From NCBI GenBank assembly GCA_965214295.1, contig OZ243944.1, forward strand, positions 4,158,426 to 4,222,425: DNA of 64,000 nucleotides, in the 5' to 3' direction. The notes beneath the pieces were generated by a model, which saw nothing but the letters and a program-made list of their open reading frames with translations, was not told where the DNA came from and searched no databases. The stretch comes from Chloroflexota bacterium (GTDB lineage: Bacteria; Chloroflexota; UBA11872; UBA12225; JAJDUF01). Of the stretch, positions 18,636 through 27,926 are shown piece by piece (within the stretch, counting starts at the first letter, position 1; every line of letters starts with the position of its first letter). The translations under genes and the position numbers were made by a program.

Positions 18636-18998
18636 ATGGCTACTGACGAAACGACGCTCGATCTGGGTATTGGCCCCGAAATGGAAGAGGGGCTGGAGAT
18701 GCTCAGTAAGCTGGAGAGCATTACGGACATCACGGCGATGGACGGACCGCTGCTGACGTTCAGCGGGCGTCTCGTCACGACACTGGATAGCTTTGACGAC
18801 ATTGTGCGCGTAGACGTGTTCATGTGCGCGCGGGGATGGTATCTCTTTTTCGTGCCGCAGGCGGGGGAGAACTGGGCCGCTGCCGGCGCCGATCTCAGAG
18901 ACGCTGTTGCGGATATTCCCGATCCCGCCCGTGTCGCCGCGGTGCGCGCCGCACTCGGGCGGGTTGTACTGGTCCCGGACGACGCCGGGACTACTTGA
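18636..18998 (+). CDS. Hypothetical protein (120 aa).
   Basis: Clean ORF with AAGGAAG 7 nt upstream of the ATG and non-repetitive composition. No family recognised. Confidence 0.45.
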   Translation: MATDETTLDLGIGPEMEEGLEMLSKLESITDITAMDGPLLTFSGRLVTTLDSFDDIVRVDVFMCARGWYLFFVPQAGENWAAAGADLRDAVADIPDPARVAAVRAALGRVVLVPDDAGTT

Positions 18999-19043
18999 CG
19001 CGGAGCCGCGCCGACCTTGATGAGGCGCTGTTGACATTGCCCG

Positions 19044-19128
19044 GTCATTCCCGCGCAAGCGGGAATCCAGCACGGATACGCCGTCTGCTTCCCGAGATAC
19101 CTGGATTCCGGCTTCCGCCGGAATGACG
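19044..19128. repeat. Inverted pair of hairpin-A repeats (GTCATTCCCGCGCAAGCGGGAATCCAG ... CTGGATTCCGGCTTCCGCCGGAATGACG) upstream of the cysteine synthase gene.
   Basis: Direct reading. The two copies have different stem sequences (CCGC/GCGG versus CGGC/GCCG), each self-complementary. Confidence 0.65.
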
Positions 19129-19220
19129 AAATGGGTTGGTGGAACCGCCTTCTATCTCGAATGTCAAACAACCTAGGTAGGAGCAAAGGGCCTGTGCCCC
19201 CGCGATTGGAATTGGATGGG

Positions 19221-20207
19221 ATGACTGAGCAGATGCGTGATACTTCGCCGCAGACAAGTACCTCCGACAGCGTACTCGACGCGATTGGCCACACGCCGCT
19301 GATCGCCTTGGACCGGCTCGGCGCCGGCTTGCCGAGCCGGGTACTGGCCAAGCTGGAGTTCTATAGCCCCGGGGGCAGCATCAAGGACCGGGCCGCTTTG
19401 CGGATGATCGAGGTCGCCGAGCGTGACGGTCGTCTGCGGCCCGGCGGGACGGTGATCGAGCTGACCAGCGGCAACATGGGCACGGGGCTGGCGATTGTCT
19501 GTGCCGTCAAGGGCTATCGGATGATCGCCGTCATGTCGGAGGGCAACAGCCTGGAGCGTCGCCGCATGTTGGCCGCCTATGGTGCCCGGGTCGAGCTGGT
19601 ACCGCAAGCGGACGGGGCGCGGCCAGGGCAAGTCTCGAAGGAAGACCTGGAGTTGGTCGAGCAGCGCACGAGGGAGCTAGTCGAGGAGCTGGGCGCCTTT
19701 TGGCCGGACCAGTTCGAGAACCTCGACAACGCCGCCGCGCATGAGCTAACCACCGGCGCCGAAATCTGGGAGCAGACCGGCGGCGCCGTGACGCACTTCA
19801 CGGCGATGGCGGGCACCGGCGGCACGCTGGTCGGCGTGGCACGGGCGCTCAAGCAGCGGAACCCGGCGGTGCGCTGCTACGGCGGTGAGCCGGCGACGGC
19901 GCCCTATCTGGCCGGCCAGCCGGTCACGGACACCAGCCACCAAATCCAGGGCACCGGCTATGCCCACGATCTCAGCTTGTGGGACGAGGGCCTCGTAGAC
20001 GGCTACCTCACGGCAACCGATGAGGACGCAATTGAAATGGCGCGGCTGCTGGCGACCCGCGAGGGCATTTTCGGCGGCTTCTCCGGTGGCGCCAACGTCT
20101 CCTGCGCTTTCCGGCTGGCCCGCGAGGCGCCGCCCGGCGCGGTGATCGTCACGGTGGTTCCCGACACCGGCCTCAAATACCTCAGCACCAACCTCTACCC
20201 CGATTGA
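19221..20207 (+). CDS. Cysteine synthase (CysK/CysM family; PLP-dependent).
   Basis: GSIKDRAA PLP-lysine motif and the GTGGT loop. The internal ATG at 19221 is used because the track ORF's 5' 30 codons come from a hairpin repeat. Confidence 0.85.
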   Translation: MTEQMRDTSPQTSTSDSVLDAIGHTPLIALDRLGAGLPSRVLAKLEFYSPGGSIKDRAALRMIEVAERDGRLRPGGTVIELTSGNMGTGLAIVCAVKGYRMIAVMSEGNSLERRRMLAAYGARVELVPQADGARPGQVSKEDLELVEQRTRELVEELGAFWPDQFENLDNAAAHELTTGAEIWEQTGGAVTHFTAMAGTGGTLVGVARALKQRNPAVRCYGGEPATAPYLAGQPVTDTSHQIQGTGYAHDLSLWDEGLVDGYLTATDEDAIEMARLLATREGIFGGFSGGANVSCAFRLAREAPPGAVIVTVVPDTGLKYLSTNLYPD

Positions 20208-20352
20208 TTTGCCCCGGCGCCTATGCCGCCGGGAACGCTCTGCCTTACCGCACGCGATCCGGTTTGGCGCAGTCATCGGTGAGCGCCAACGGTCATAGTG
20301 CGCCCCATCGGAGTGCGCGCACTACCGCCGGAACATCCCCCCAGCGGGGCAG

Positions 20353-21195
20353 CTACCTATCCGTTGACTGTCGCCGGAGCCGTGCCCGCAGTTGCTGCAG
20401 CTCGGTCTCGGCGGCGCGCCGCGCCAACCGTTCCGCCAGCCGGCCGGCCTGCTCGACGGCGGCCTGCGCTTCAGCCGCATCTCGTTCGGCCTCAGCCGCC
20501 TCGCGCGCCGCCCGCTCCGCCTCGCGCGCCGCCGCTACATCTTGCCAGCTCTCCAGGTAGCTCTCGGTCGCCGGATCGTAGAGCCGCGGCCACCCGTCAT
20601 CCCAGCACAGACTCACCCCCAGCACCGGGCTGTACCCCTTCAGCACGCCGTCCGGCGCCGTCGTCAGCTCAATTGGCTCATACTCCCCGGCCACCAGCCG
20701 CCCCCCGGCCAACCGCTGCCCGTGATACTCCCCCTGCTCAGTCGGATCGAAGCGCCAGTATTCCGGCACGCCGATGCGGGCATAGATGTCCCGCTTCCGG
20801 CCCACGTCCTCCCGTCCGGTGCTGGACGAAGCGATCTCCAGCACCCAGTCCGGTGGCTTGCCCACTTCCCACGGTAGGTAGAGCTTGCGTGGCCGAATGG
20901 CCTGGGCGTCCACCCCAAAGGCCAGGTACACGTCCGGGGACACGCGGACGTTGAGGTCACGCCGGTCATAGCAGAGGATCGTGTTGGCGTCGAGAAAGAC
21001 GTCGGGCCGGCGATTGAAGTCGGTGAAATGAGCCGAGAGGAGACCGAAGATTTCCAGCAGTTGGAGGTTTTGTTCCATCGCATCAGGCTTCAGGACCGAC
21101 TCGTCAGGATCGTAGTCGAGCCGGTCGTAGTCGACCGGGCCCAACCGGCGATAGGGCAGCATGGTGGTCGTGGTGGTTGTGGCCATGGTTGCCAT
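20353..21195 (-). CDS. Uma2-family (DUF820) PD-(D/E)xK endonuclease-like protein with a C-terminal Ala/Glu/Arg-rich coiled-coil tail.
   Basis: PDVFLDANTIL...PDVYLAFGV...DWVLEIASSS...YARIGVPEYWRFDP match the Uma2 pattern. The C-terminal AREAERAAREAAEAERDAAE tail is low complexity. Confidence 0.65.
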   Translation of the reverse strand: MATMATTTTTTMLPYRRLGPVDYDRLDYDPDESVLKPDAMEQNLQLLEIFGLLSAHFTDFNRRPDVFLDANTILCYDRRDLNVRVSPDVYLAFGVDAQAIRPRKLYLPWEVGKPPDWVLEIASSSTGREDVGRKRDIYARIGVPEYWRFDPTEQGEYHGQRLAGGRLVAGEYEPIELTTAPDGVLKGYSPVLGVSLCWDDGWPRLYDPATESYLESWQDVAAAREAERAAREAAEAERDAAEAQAAVEQAGRLAERLARRAAETELQQLRARLRRQSTDR

Positions 21196-21463
21196 CGCAG
21201 ATCTCCAAGTAAGCACCACCGGCCCCAGCCTGCGCTTGGGTGATGTCACAGACGGCGCCGGTCGCTCCCAACCCCTCACCAGCATAACTCAAGAGGTGCC
21301 AAGTTGCTACGATATCGGCCGCAAGACGGTGGCTCCGCAGTTAATCACAACACCCCGCCGCAAAGACACACCTCGTCGGCTACTGCACCAACAATCCTCT
21401 CGGTAAGCGGGTCTCCCATCTTTGCCCAGCACTTCTTCTCTGTGCTCTCTGCGCTCTCTGTGG

Positions 21464-23092
21464 CTAAACGTGCTCCGGGTGGGCACGGCGGGACTCGTCC
21501 AGCGGGATGGTGGTTGTGTCGAGAGTGGCGAGGTCCACCACGCGCAGCGCATGGTTGTTGGTATCGGCGACGAAGAGCTTGCCACGGGCCAGCGCCAGCC
21601 CGCCTGGCTCCGAGAACCGGGCCGCCGTGCCGACGCCATCGGTATGGGTGCCGGCCCCCGGCGCACCGAGCAGCGTCTTGGACTCGCGTGTGCGGGGATC
21701 GAGTCGCTTGATCTTGTGGTTGTAGGTATCGGCCACCAGGAGCGCCGGCCCGTCGGGTGCAGTAGGCCAGAGGCAGACAGCGAGCGGATGCTGGAGCCGA
21801 ACGCGCTCGGCGGTGGCGTCGGTATCGCCGAAATCGAACAGCCCGGTGCCGACTAACGTCGTTACTTGGCCGCTGTCCAGGTGGATCGCGCGGATGGCGC
21901 TCGTCTCGCTGTCCGCGGCGTAGAGCATGTCCCCCAGCGGATCGAGTGCCAGCCCACTCGGCTGCGCGAAGCAAGCCTCTTGTCGCGGGCCGTCGAGGAT
22001 ATCTTCCCGCCCGCTCCCGGCGAACGGTACGATGGCGCCGGTGGCCAGGTCGAACGCCCAGATTTGGTGCAACCCGGCCATCGCAATGAACAGCAGGCCA
22101 CGATCCGGGTAGTCCTGCTTCTCGCTATTGGCACCACCCCCGGCGGTGGCCGTCCGGGCCGGGTCGGGCAGCAGCGCCAGGTCCCACGGCGAAGAGAGGT
22201 CCGTTTGGCCGGCAGGACCGCCACCGCCGAACGAGCGCGCCTGCCGCCCCGTCCCGGCGATTGTCGTGACCGCGCCGGTGGCCGGGCTGACGCGACGGAT
22301 GGCGTGGTTTTCGGTGTCGGCAACGTAGACCGTGCCGGTGACGGGATCAACGGCCATCCCCTGCGGCCAGTGCAACTGCGCTTCCCGCGCCGGCCCATCA
22401 CGCAGCCCCGGCTCGCCCGACCCGATGAGATGGTGGACGCTGCCGTCGAGCGTCGCCAGCCCGGTGACGACGATGCGATGGTGATTGGAGTCGGCGACAT
22501 AGACGTGTCCGTTGCCGCGCTCGTCTACCGCCACCTTGCCGGGGAAGGCCAGTGTCTCCGTGGCCGGCCCGGTCTGCGCGGCCGGGCCGGTGGCGCCGAA
22601 GTCGAGTACGCGGCGGTCCAGCCAGCCGTGGGCGCCGAACTCGTCCAGCATGCGGTCAATGATCGGCGCCAGCTGACCGGCTGCGAACTCACCCTCATGC
22701 TTGCCGATGACCTTCCCCAAGGGGTCAACGAACATCAGCGTCGGCCAGGCGCGCACGCCGTACTGCTGCCAGATGGCGAAGTCGTGGTCGTTGACGACGG
22801 GGTGATGGATGGCGTGGCGGCGCACGGCCTGCGCGACGGCTTCGGTCTCCTGCTCTTGGGGAAACTTGGCCGAGTGGACACCGACGACGGTGAGTGTCTC
22901 GGCATAGCGCTGCTCCAGTTCCCGCAACTGCGGGAGGATATGTAAGCAGTTAATTCAGCAGAAGGTCCAGAAATCGAGGATCACCAGCCGGCCGGCGAGG
23001 TCGGCCAGCCGCAAGGGCCTCTCGGTATTGATCCAAGCCCGCCCGTCCGGAAACTCCGGCGCCCGCACTCGCCCGGCATATGCTGTCGTCAT
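21464..23092 (-). CDS. Thioredoxin-fold domain fused to NHL repeats (NHLRC2-like). An in-frame TGA at 22955-22957 falls at the first Cys of the CxxC redox motif. It is either a selenoprotein (UxxC) or a pseudogene.
   Basis: Own minus-strand translation from ATG 23092 (RBS GGAGGGAGGG): [79 protein letters not shown]... It continues in the same frame into the track ORF 21464..22927, which has Trx-fold motifs then about 6 NHL repeats. A hairpin (UCCCGC-AGUU-GCGGGA) starts 22 nt after the TGA. Confidence 0.55.
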
Positions 23093-23364
23093 CAAGACAC
23101 CCTCCCTCCACCCAGAGCATAGCGCAAGGTCAAGGTGAACGGAGCCGCCGAGGATTCAGTGGCAACCGCAAGCAGGAGTGGACGGCCTGAGCTGCCACTT
23201 ATCGGGCGTTGAGAATCCGGCTATTGAGCCATAGCATGTTCCCGGTGAGCCGCAGCATACAAGTGCAGTTTGGGCAGTCTGAGATGCCTTTGGGCACGGA
23301 TAGAACATCCATGGCGCAATTCCTTCCACCTTATGGAAGCTCATGCACTTACGATATTCTAGCA

Positions 23365-25941
23365 TCACCTGAGCTTGGCGCGGCGCAGGCGGAGGGAGTT
23401 GGTGACGACGGAGATGCTGGAGAAGGCCATCGCCGCGGCTGCAAGCATCGGACCGCCGAGGGCAGCGAGCAAGCCGAGCGCAGCCAGCGGAATCATCGCA
23501 GTGTTGTAGCCGAAGGCCCAGAAGAGGTTCTGCTGGATCGTCCGCATGGTCCGGCGCGAGAGGCGGATAGCTGCCGGCACACTCCGCAGATCGCCACGCA
23601 TCAGCGTGATCGCGGCCGTTTCCATCGCTACGTCGGTGCCGGTCCCCAGCGCGAAACCGACGTCGGCTGCGGCCAGCGCGGGCGCATCGTTGATACCGTC
23701 GCCGACCATGCCGACGACATGCCCCGCCGCGCGCAGCTTGGCGACCTCTGCCGCCTTGGCTTCCGGCCGGACCTCGGCGCGGACATGGTCGGAGGCGATG
23801 CCGACCGCGCGGCCGATAGACTCGGCGGCGCGGCGATTGTCGCCGGTGAGCAGGTAGACCTCCAGCCCTAGCCGGCGGAGTGCGGCGACGGCCGCAGCCG
23901 ACGTCGGCTTGACCGTATCGGCAATCCCAATGGCCCCGGCCGGCTTACCGTCAACGGCGACCAAAGCCACGGTACGGCCCTCCGCTTCCAGGTCGTCGGC
24001 CACCTGCACCCAGGGGGCACGAGACTCCCGCGTGCGCGGGAATGACGGGGCGGCGAAACCGCTGACGCCGTGCGCTGCCAGCAGCCGGGCAGTGCCGACC
24101 AGCACCTCGCTCCCCGCGACCTGGGCCGCGACGCCCTGGCCTGGCGTGACGACAAAGGCCGCCGGCTCAGGCAACGTCAGCCCGACCGTGCGGGCGTGGG
24201 CGACGACGGCCGCCGCGAGCGGATGCTCGGACCGCGACTCGGCCGCCGCGGCGAGCCGCAGTACGTCGGTAACGTCATGTCCATTCAGCGGTACCACGTC
24301 CGTCACTTGCGGTTGGCCTTCCGTGACCGTGCCGGTCTTGTCGAGGACGATGGCGGTGAGGGCATGTGCTCGCTCTAGGCTGGCCGCGTCCTTGACTAGG
24401 ATGCCCTGCTCGGCGCCGCGCCCTGTCCCGACCATAATCGCGGTCGGGGTAGCCAGCCCAAGGGCGCAGGGGCAGGCGATCACCAGCACCGTCACGGCCG
24501 TAAGCAGCGGTCCGGCTATCCCGCTGCCGCTCGATCCCAGCCAGAGCCACGCCATGAAGGTGAGTGCCGCCAGCGCCAGTACGACCGGGACAAAGACCGC
24601 CGACACCCGGTCGGCCAGGCGCTCGATGGGCGCTTTCGATCCCTGCGCCTGCTCGACCAGCCGGACAATCTGTGCCAGCGCAGTGTCGGCACCGACGCGC
24701 GTGGCCCGCACTGTGAGGGCGCCGTGCCGGTTGAGCGTCGCGCCGGTCACGTCGTCGCCCACCTGCTTGGTGACGGGCAAGCTCTCGCCGGTCAGCATGG
24801 CCTCGTCCACACTCGACTCCCCGTCGACCACCACGCCGTCTACGGGGACTTTCTCGCCTGGACGCACGAGCACGACATCTCCCACGCGCACCGACTCGAC
24901 CGGGACAGCGACCGTCTCGCCGGCACGGAGGAGCTGTGCCGTCTTTGCCTGTAGCCCGATCAACGCTCTGATTGCGGCACCGGCCCGGCCTTTCGCGCGC
25001 GCTTCCAGCCAGCGACCGAGCAAAATCAGTGTCACGATGACCGCCGCGGTCTCGAAATACAGCGGGGGATGCGCGGCGAGCGGTCCCTGCTCCGGGATAG
25101 CCACCGCCAGTGTATAGACGCTGTAGCCGTAGGCGGCAGCCGAGCCGAGCGCAATCAGTGTATCCATATTGGCGGCAAGGTGGCGTGCCATCCGCCCGGC
25201 CGTAGCGAAGAACTGCCATCCGCAGATGAAGACTACGATGGTCGTCAGGAGCAGCTCCAGCAGTGCGCTGCCGGGGAACCGCAGCATGAGCATACTCAGC
25301 GCCAGCACCGGCGCGGAGAGCAGCGCGGCCACGATGAAGAGACGTTGCTGGGACTGCGCGTAGGTCTCCGACCGCCAGAGCTGAACTATCCGCCGGGGAT
25401 CAAGGTGGTGCCGTTCCGGCGGGTCGTCCTTGCGCTCCGGTCGGCCGGCCGCCGCGCCCAACGTCTCTGCGCGACGCTCCGCGGCGCCATACCCGGCCGT
25501 CTCCACCGCGCCGACGACCGCCTGGGGAGGCGCGCTGCCTTGCACGGTGGCCGATTCGGTGGCGAGGTTGACTGCCACCGCCTGCACACCGGCAACCTTG
25601 CCGATGGCCCGCTCGACCCGGCGGGCGCAGGACGCACAGGTCATGCCGGTGATGGCAAGCTCCAGGGGCACCGCCGGTTGGGGGGGACGGGCTTTGTAAC
25701 CGGCGGCTGCGACGGCAGCGACCAGATCGTCTCGACCGGTTTGGTCGGGGGCATAGCGCACGGTCGCCTGCTCGGTGGCGAGGTTAACCGTAGCCTCGGC
25801 CACGCCCTCGACTTTGTTGAGCGCCTGTTGGACACGGTTGGCGCAGGAGGCACAGGTCATCCCCTCAATGGGGAACGTCTCGGTGACGAGCGCAGTCGGC
25901 ACTGGCGTTTCACTCACAGCCGTCTCTGGTGCTACAGCCAT
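23365..25941 (-). CDS. copA: Copper-translocating P-type ATPase CopA.
   Basis: Two N-terminal HMA domains ([22 protein letters not shown]), [30 protein letters not shown]. The start is taken at MAVAPETAV (25941). The 67 upstream codons of the track ORF are hairpin-repeat derived. There is an in-frame repeat insertion at about 24023-24050. Confidence 0.9.
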   Translation of the reverse strand: MAVAPETAVSETPVPTALVTETFPIEGMTCASCANRVQQALNKVEGVAEATVNLATEQATVRYAPDQTGRDDLVAAVAAAGYKARPPQPAVPLELAITGMTCASCARRVERAIGKVAGVQAVAVNLATESATVQGSAPPQAVVGAVETAGYGAAERRAETLGAAAGRPERKDDPPERHHLDPRRIVQLWRSETYAQSQQRLFIVAALLSAPVLALSMLMLRFPGSALLELLLTTIVVFICGWQFFATAGRMARHLAANMDTLIALGSAAAYGYSVYTLAVAIPEQGPLAAHPPLYFETAAVIVTLILLGRWLEARAKGRAGAAIRALIGLQAKTAQLLRAGETVAVPVESVRVGDVVLVRPGEKVPVDGVVVDGESSVDEAMLTGESLPVTKQVGDDVTGATLNRHGALTVRATRVGADTALAQIVRLVEQAQGSKAPIERLADRVSAVFVPVVLALAALTFMAWLWLGSSGSGIAGPLLTAVTVLVIACPCALGLATPTAIMVGTGRGAEQGILVKDAASLERAHALTAIVLDKTGTVTEGQPQVTDVVPLNGHDVTDVLRLAAAAESRSEHPLAAAVVAHARTVGLTLPEPAAFVVTPGQGVAAQVAGSEVLVGTARLLAAHGVSGFAAPSFPRTRESRAPWVQVADDLEAEGRTVALVAVDGKPAGAIGIADTVKPTSAAAVAALRRLGLEVYLLTGDNRRAAESIGRAVGIASDHVRAEVRPEAKAAEVAKLRAAGHVVGMVGDGINDAPALAAADVGFALGTGTDVAMETAAITLMRGDLRSVPAAIRLSRRTMRTIQQNLFWAFGYNTAMIPLAALGLLAALGGPMLAAAAMAFSSISVVTNSLRLRRAKLR

Positions 25942-25996
25942 CGCAGTCTCCTTGGGCAGCCTCGCGCCGCACCATCGGCCCCCGTAATTGCGCCGC

Positions 25997-26084
25997 ACCC
26001 TCCCGTCATTGCGGCGCAGGCCGCAATCCAGGCCGCCCGGAGGCCCACGCATGGCCCTGGATTCCCGCTTGCGCGGGAATGACG
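25997..26084. repeat. Inverted pair of hairpin-A repeats between csoR and copA (GTCATTGCGGCGCAGGCCGCAATCCAGG ... CTGGATTCCCGCTTGCGCGGGAATGACGG).
   Basis: Direct reading. Confidence 0.65.
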
Positions 26085-26151
26085 GCCGGCGGGCTGGGGG
26101 AGGCCGGCAACCCCACCACCTGAATAAGGTGGCAACGTTCATCAGGCAGCC

Positions 26152-26424
26152 CTACCGCGTACTGGCGAACACGTCCATCAACTCTCGCAGCTTTTCCTCA
26201 CGCTCACGCTCGTCACCGCTGCGGATGGCCTCGGTGACACAGGACCGGACATGCTCCGCGAGCACCTGCTCCTCGACTTTCTCCAGCGCACGGCGGATGG
26301 CACGCATTTGGGTGAGCACGTCCATGCAGTAGCGGCCGTCCTCGATCATCCGCTGCACGCCGCGGACCTGCCCTTCGATCTTGCGGAGACGTCCCAACTG
26401 GCTCCGGTGCTGCTCATCCACCAT
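26152..26424 (-). CDS. csoR: CsoR/RcnR-family copper-sensing transcriptional repressor.
   Basis: 90 aa with GQVRGVQRMIEDGRYCMDVLTQMRAIRRAL (DUF156/CsoR fold; conserved Cys/His ligands). It lies immediately upstream of, and co-directional with, copA. Confidence 0.85.
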   Translation of the reverse strand: MVDEQHRSQLGRLRKIEGQVRGVQRMIEDGRYCMDVLTQMRAIRRALEKVEEQVLAEHVRSCVTEAIRSGDEREREEKLRELMDVFASTR

Positions 26425-26434
26425 TGACCGCTCC

Positions 26435-26464
26435 TACCAGTGGGTACTGTACCCCCCTATGGTA
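26435..26464. promoter_or_regulatory. Candidate CsoR operator: nested palindrome TACC-AGTGGGTAC-T-GTACCC-CCCTATGGTA.
   Basis: A perfect GGGTAC-T-GTACCC inverted repeat lies inside an outer ATACC...GGTAT palindrome, 10-40 bp upstream of csoR. CsoR operators are GC-rich pseudo-palindromes of about this size. Confidence 0.4.
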
Positions 26465-26648
26465 TTAACTGCCAAGGTTGGGCCGGCGTCTCTTTCCCGG
26501 CTCCCTCCCTGGCGCGTGCTCCGGGGGGCGAGGGAGGGAGCCAGGGAGGAGATTCCGTGTGGCGCGGCATACCTACCCCCGTAAGCTGCTCCTGCCGGCT
26601 TAAGGGCGTCTATACTAAAGCGTGCAGTCCTCCTCGCCCGCTATTGCT

Positions 26649-27767
26649 ATGACCGGCGCTCCGGATCGCAACCGCTTCGATGCCGACGTGATTATCGCCG
26701 GGGCCAGCTTTGCCGGTCTCGCGGTAGCCCGCAAGCTGCGCGGCGCCGGCCGGGTGCTGTTGCTCGACCACCAGGACATCGGCGCCGGTCAAACGTCGGC
26801 CTGCGGGACCACCGTGGACGTACTGCGGCAGCTCGACCTGATGATCGCGCACCAGCAGACGGCGGGCCGGCTGGTGCTGCACATCGGCAAGCACACCCTG
26901 TCCTATCCCCTGCCCTACCCATATTGCACCTTCGACTACCGCCAATTCTGCGCGGCGCTCTTGGCGCAATCGGGTGCCACGTTCGAGCGGACGCGGGTGC
27001 TTGGCGTCGCCGACGGCAGTGCGGTGTCCCAACGTCCACCGGGACATCCCGCCGGCGTGACGGTGCTGACGCGCGCCGGACCGCTGCGGGCGCGCTACGT
27101 CGTGGACGCGACCGGCTGGCGGAGCACCATCGCCGAGGCCGTGCAGCCGGGCTTTCTGGTGCGATCCACGTTGAGCGGGGGTATTGAAGCGGAGCTACCC
27201 TACCGCGAGGACGGGCTGCATTTCTGGGTCGGCTCCGACATCATTCGCGGCGGCTACGCTTGGGTATTTCCCTGCGGCGAGACGGCGCGCATCGGGGTGC
27301 TGGCCTTCGGTCGCACCGGCGGCCTGCGACCGGCGATGCGGCGCTTCTTCACTCGTCTAGGTCTGCCCCCGGACCCGCAGGCGCCCTATCACGGCGGCCA
27401 GCTACCGTTCGTCGCGCGGTCGGTCATGGCGGGTCCGGTCTTTGTTGCCGGCGACGCGGCGGGGATGTGCTTCGGTCTGACGGGCGAGGGCATCCGCTCG
27501 GCGGTGACGTTCGCCATGCGCTGCGGACGGCTGCTGCGCGAGGTGCTGACGGGTCAACGGACGGGGATCAGCGCAGCGCGGACCTATACGCGCTACTTTC
27601 GGCTGCGCCGGCCGTATTTCCGGCTAATGACGTGGCTGCAATCGTGGGTAGGACGCTTACCCGATCCGGCGCTGTTCACGTATGCACGCCTGGCACAGCC
27701 GTGGCCGATCTTCCCACTCCTGATGGGCGAATACCTCCGTGCCTCGCGGCCCGCCTCGGCGCTATGA
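26649..27767 (+). CDS. FAD-dependent oxidoreductase, geranylgeranyl-reductase-like family.
   Basis: DVIIAGASFAGLAVARKL dinucleotide-binding GxGxxG, the internal FVAGDAAG motif, and overall GG-reductase-like layout. Confidence 0.65.
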   Translation: MTGAPDRNRFDADVIIAGASFAGLAVARKLRGAGRVLLLDHQDIGAGQTSACGTTVDVLRQLDLMIAHQQTAGRLVLHIGKHTLSYPLPYPYCTFDYRQFCAALLAQSGATFERTRVLGVADGSAVSQRPPGHPAGVTVLTRAGPLRARYVVDATGWRSTIAEAVQPGFLVRSTLSGGIEAELPYREDGLHFWVGSDIIRGGYAWVFPCGETARIGVLAFGRTGGLRPAMRRFFTRLGLPPDPQAPYHGGQLPFVARSVMAGPVFVAGDAAGMCFGLTGEGIRSAVTFAMRCGRLLREVLTGQRTGISAARTYTRYFRLRRPYFRLMTWLQSWVGRLPDPALFTYARLAQPWPIFPLLMGEYLRASRPASAL

Positions 27768-27926
27768 CTCTATAGCCGTTCGATCAAGTTCAGCAGAATA
27801 GCAGTGCTGATGCCAGCTATGACCGCGCTGGATTCCGGCCTACGCCGGAATGACGGGGCGGTAGTGCCGGTGCTTGGATACTCCCCGCTTGATAGACTGG
27901 GGGCGCGAGGTAGTAGCAGGCCAAGC

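Noticed and set aside
20209-20240. Hairpin CCGGCG-cctatgc-CGCCGG right after the cysteine synthase stop, and CTTCCA-cctta-TGGAAG about 30 nt after the copA stop.
   Set aside because: These are stems without a following T-tract. They may act as weak or factor-dependent terminators but cannot be called intrinsic terminators from sequence.
25942-26142. Track ORFs whose 5' extensions or entire lengths are made of hairpin-repeat sequence. Examples: copA N-terminus, 27804..27926, 19131..19220, 25988..26332, 60006..60254, 18555..19073. They are marked by recurring peptides [10 protein letters not shown] / SFPRKRESR.
   Set aside because: The same nucleotide repeat is being translated in different places. 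True starts were placed at the first Met after the repeat where homology begins.
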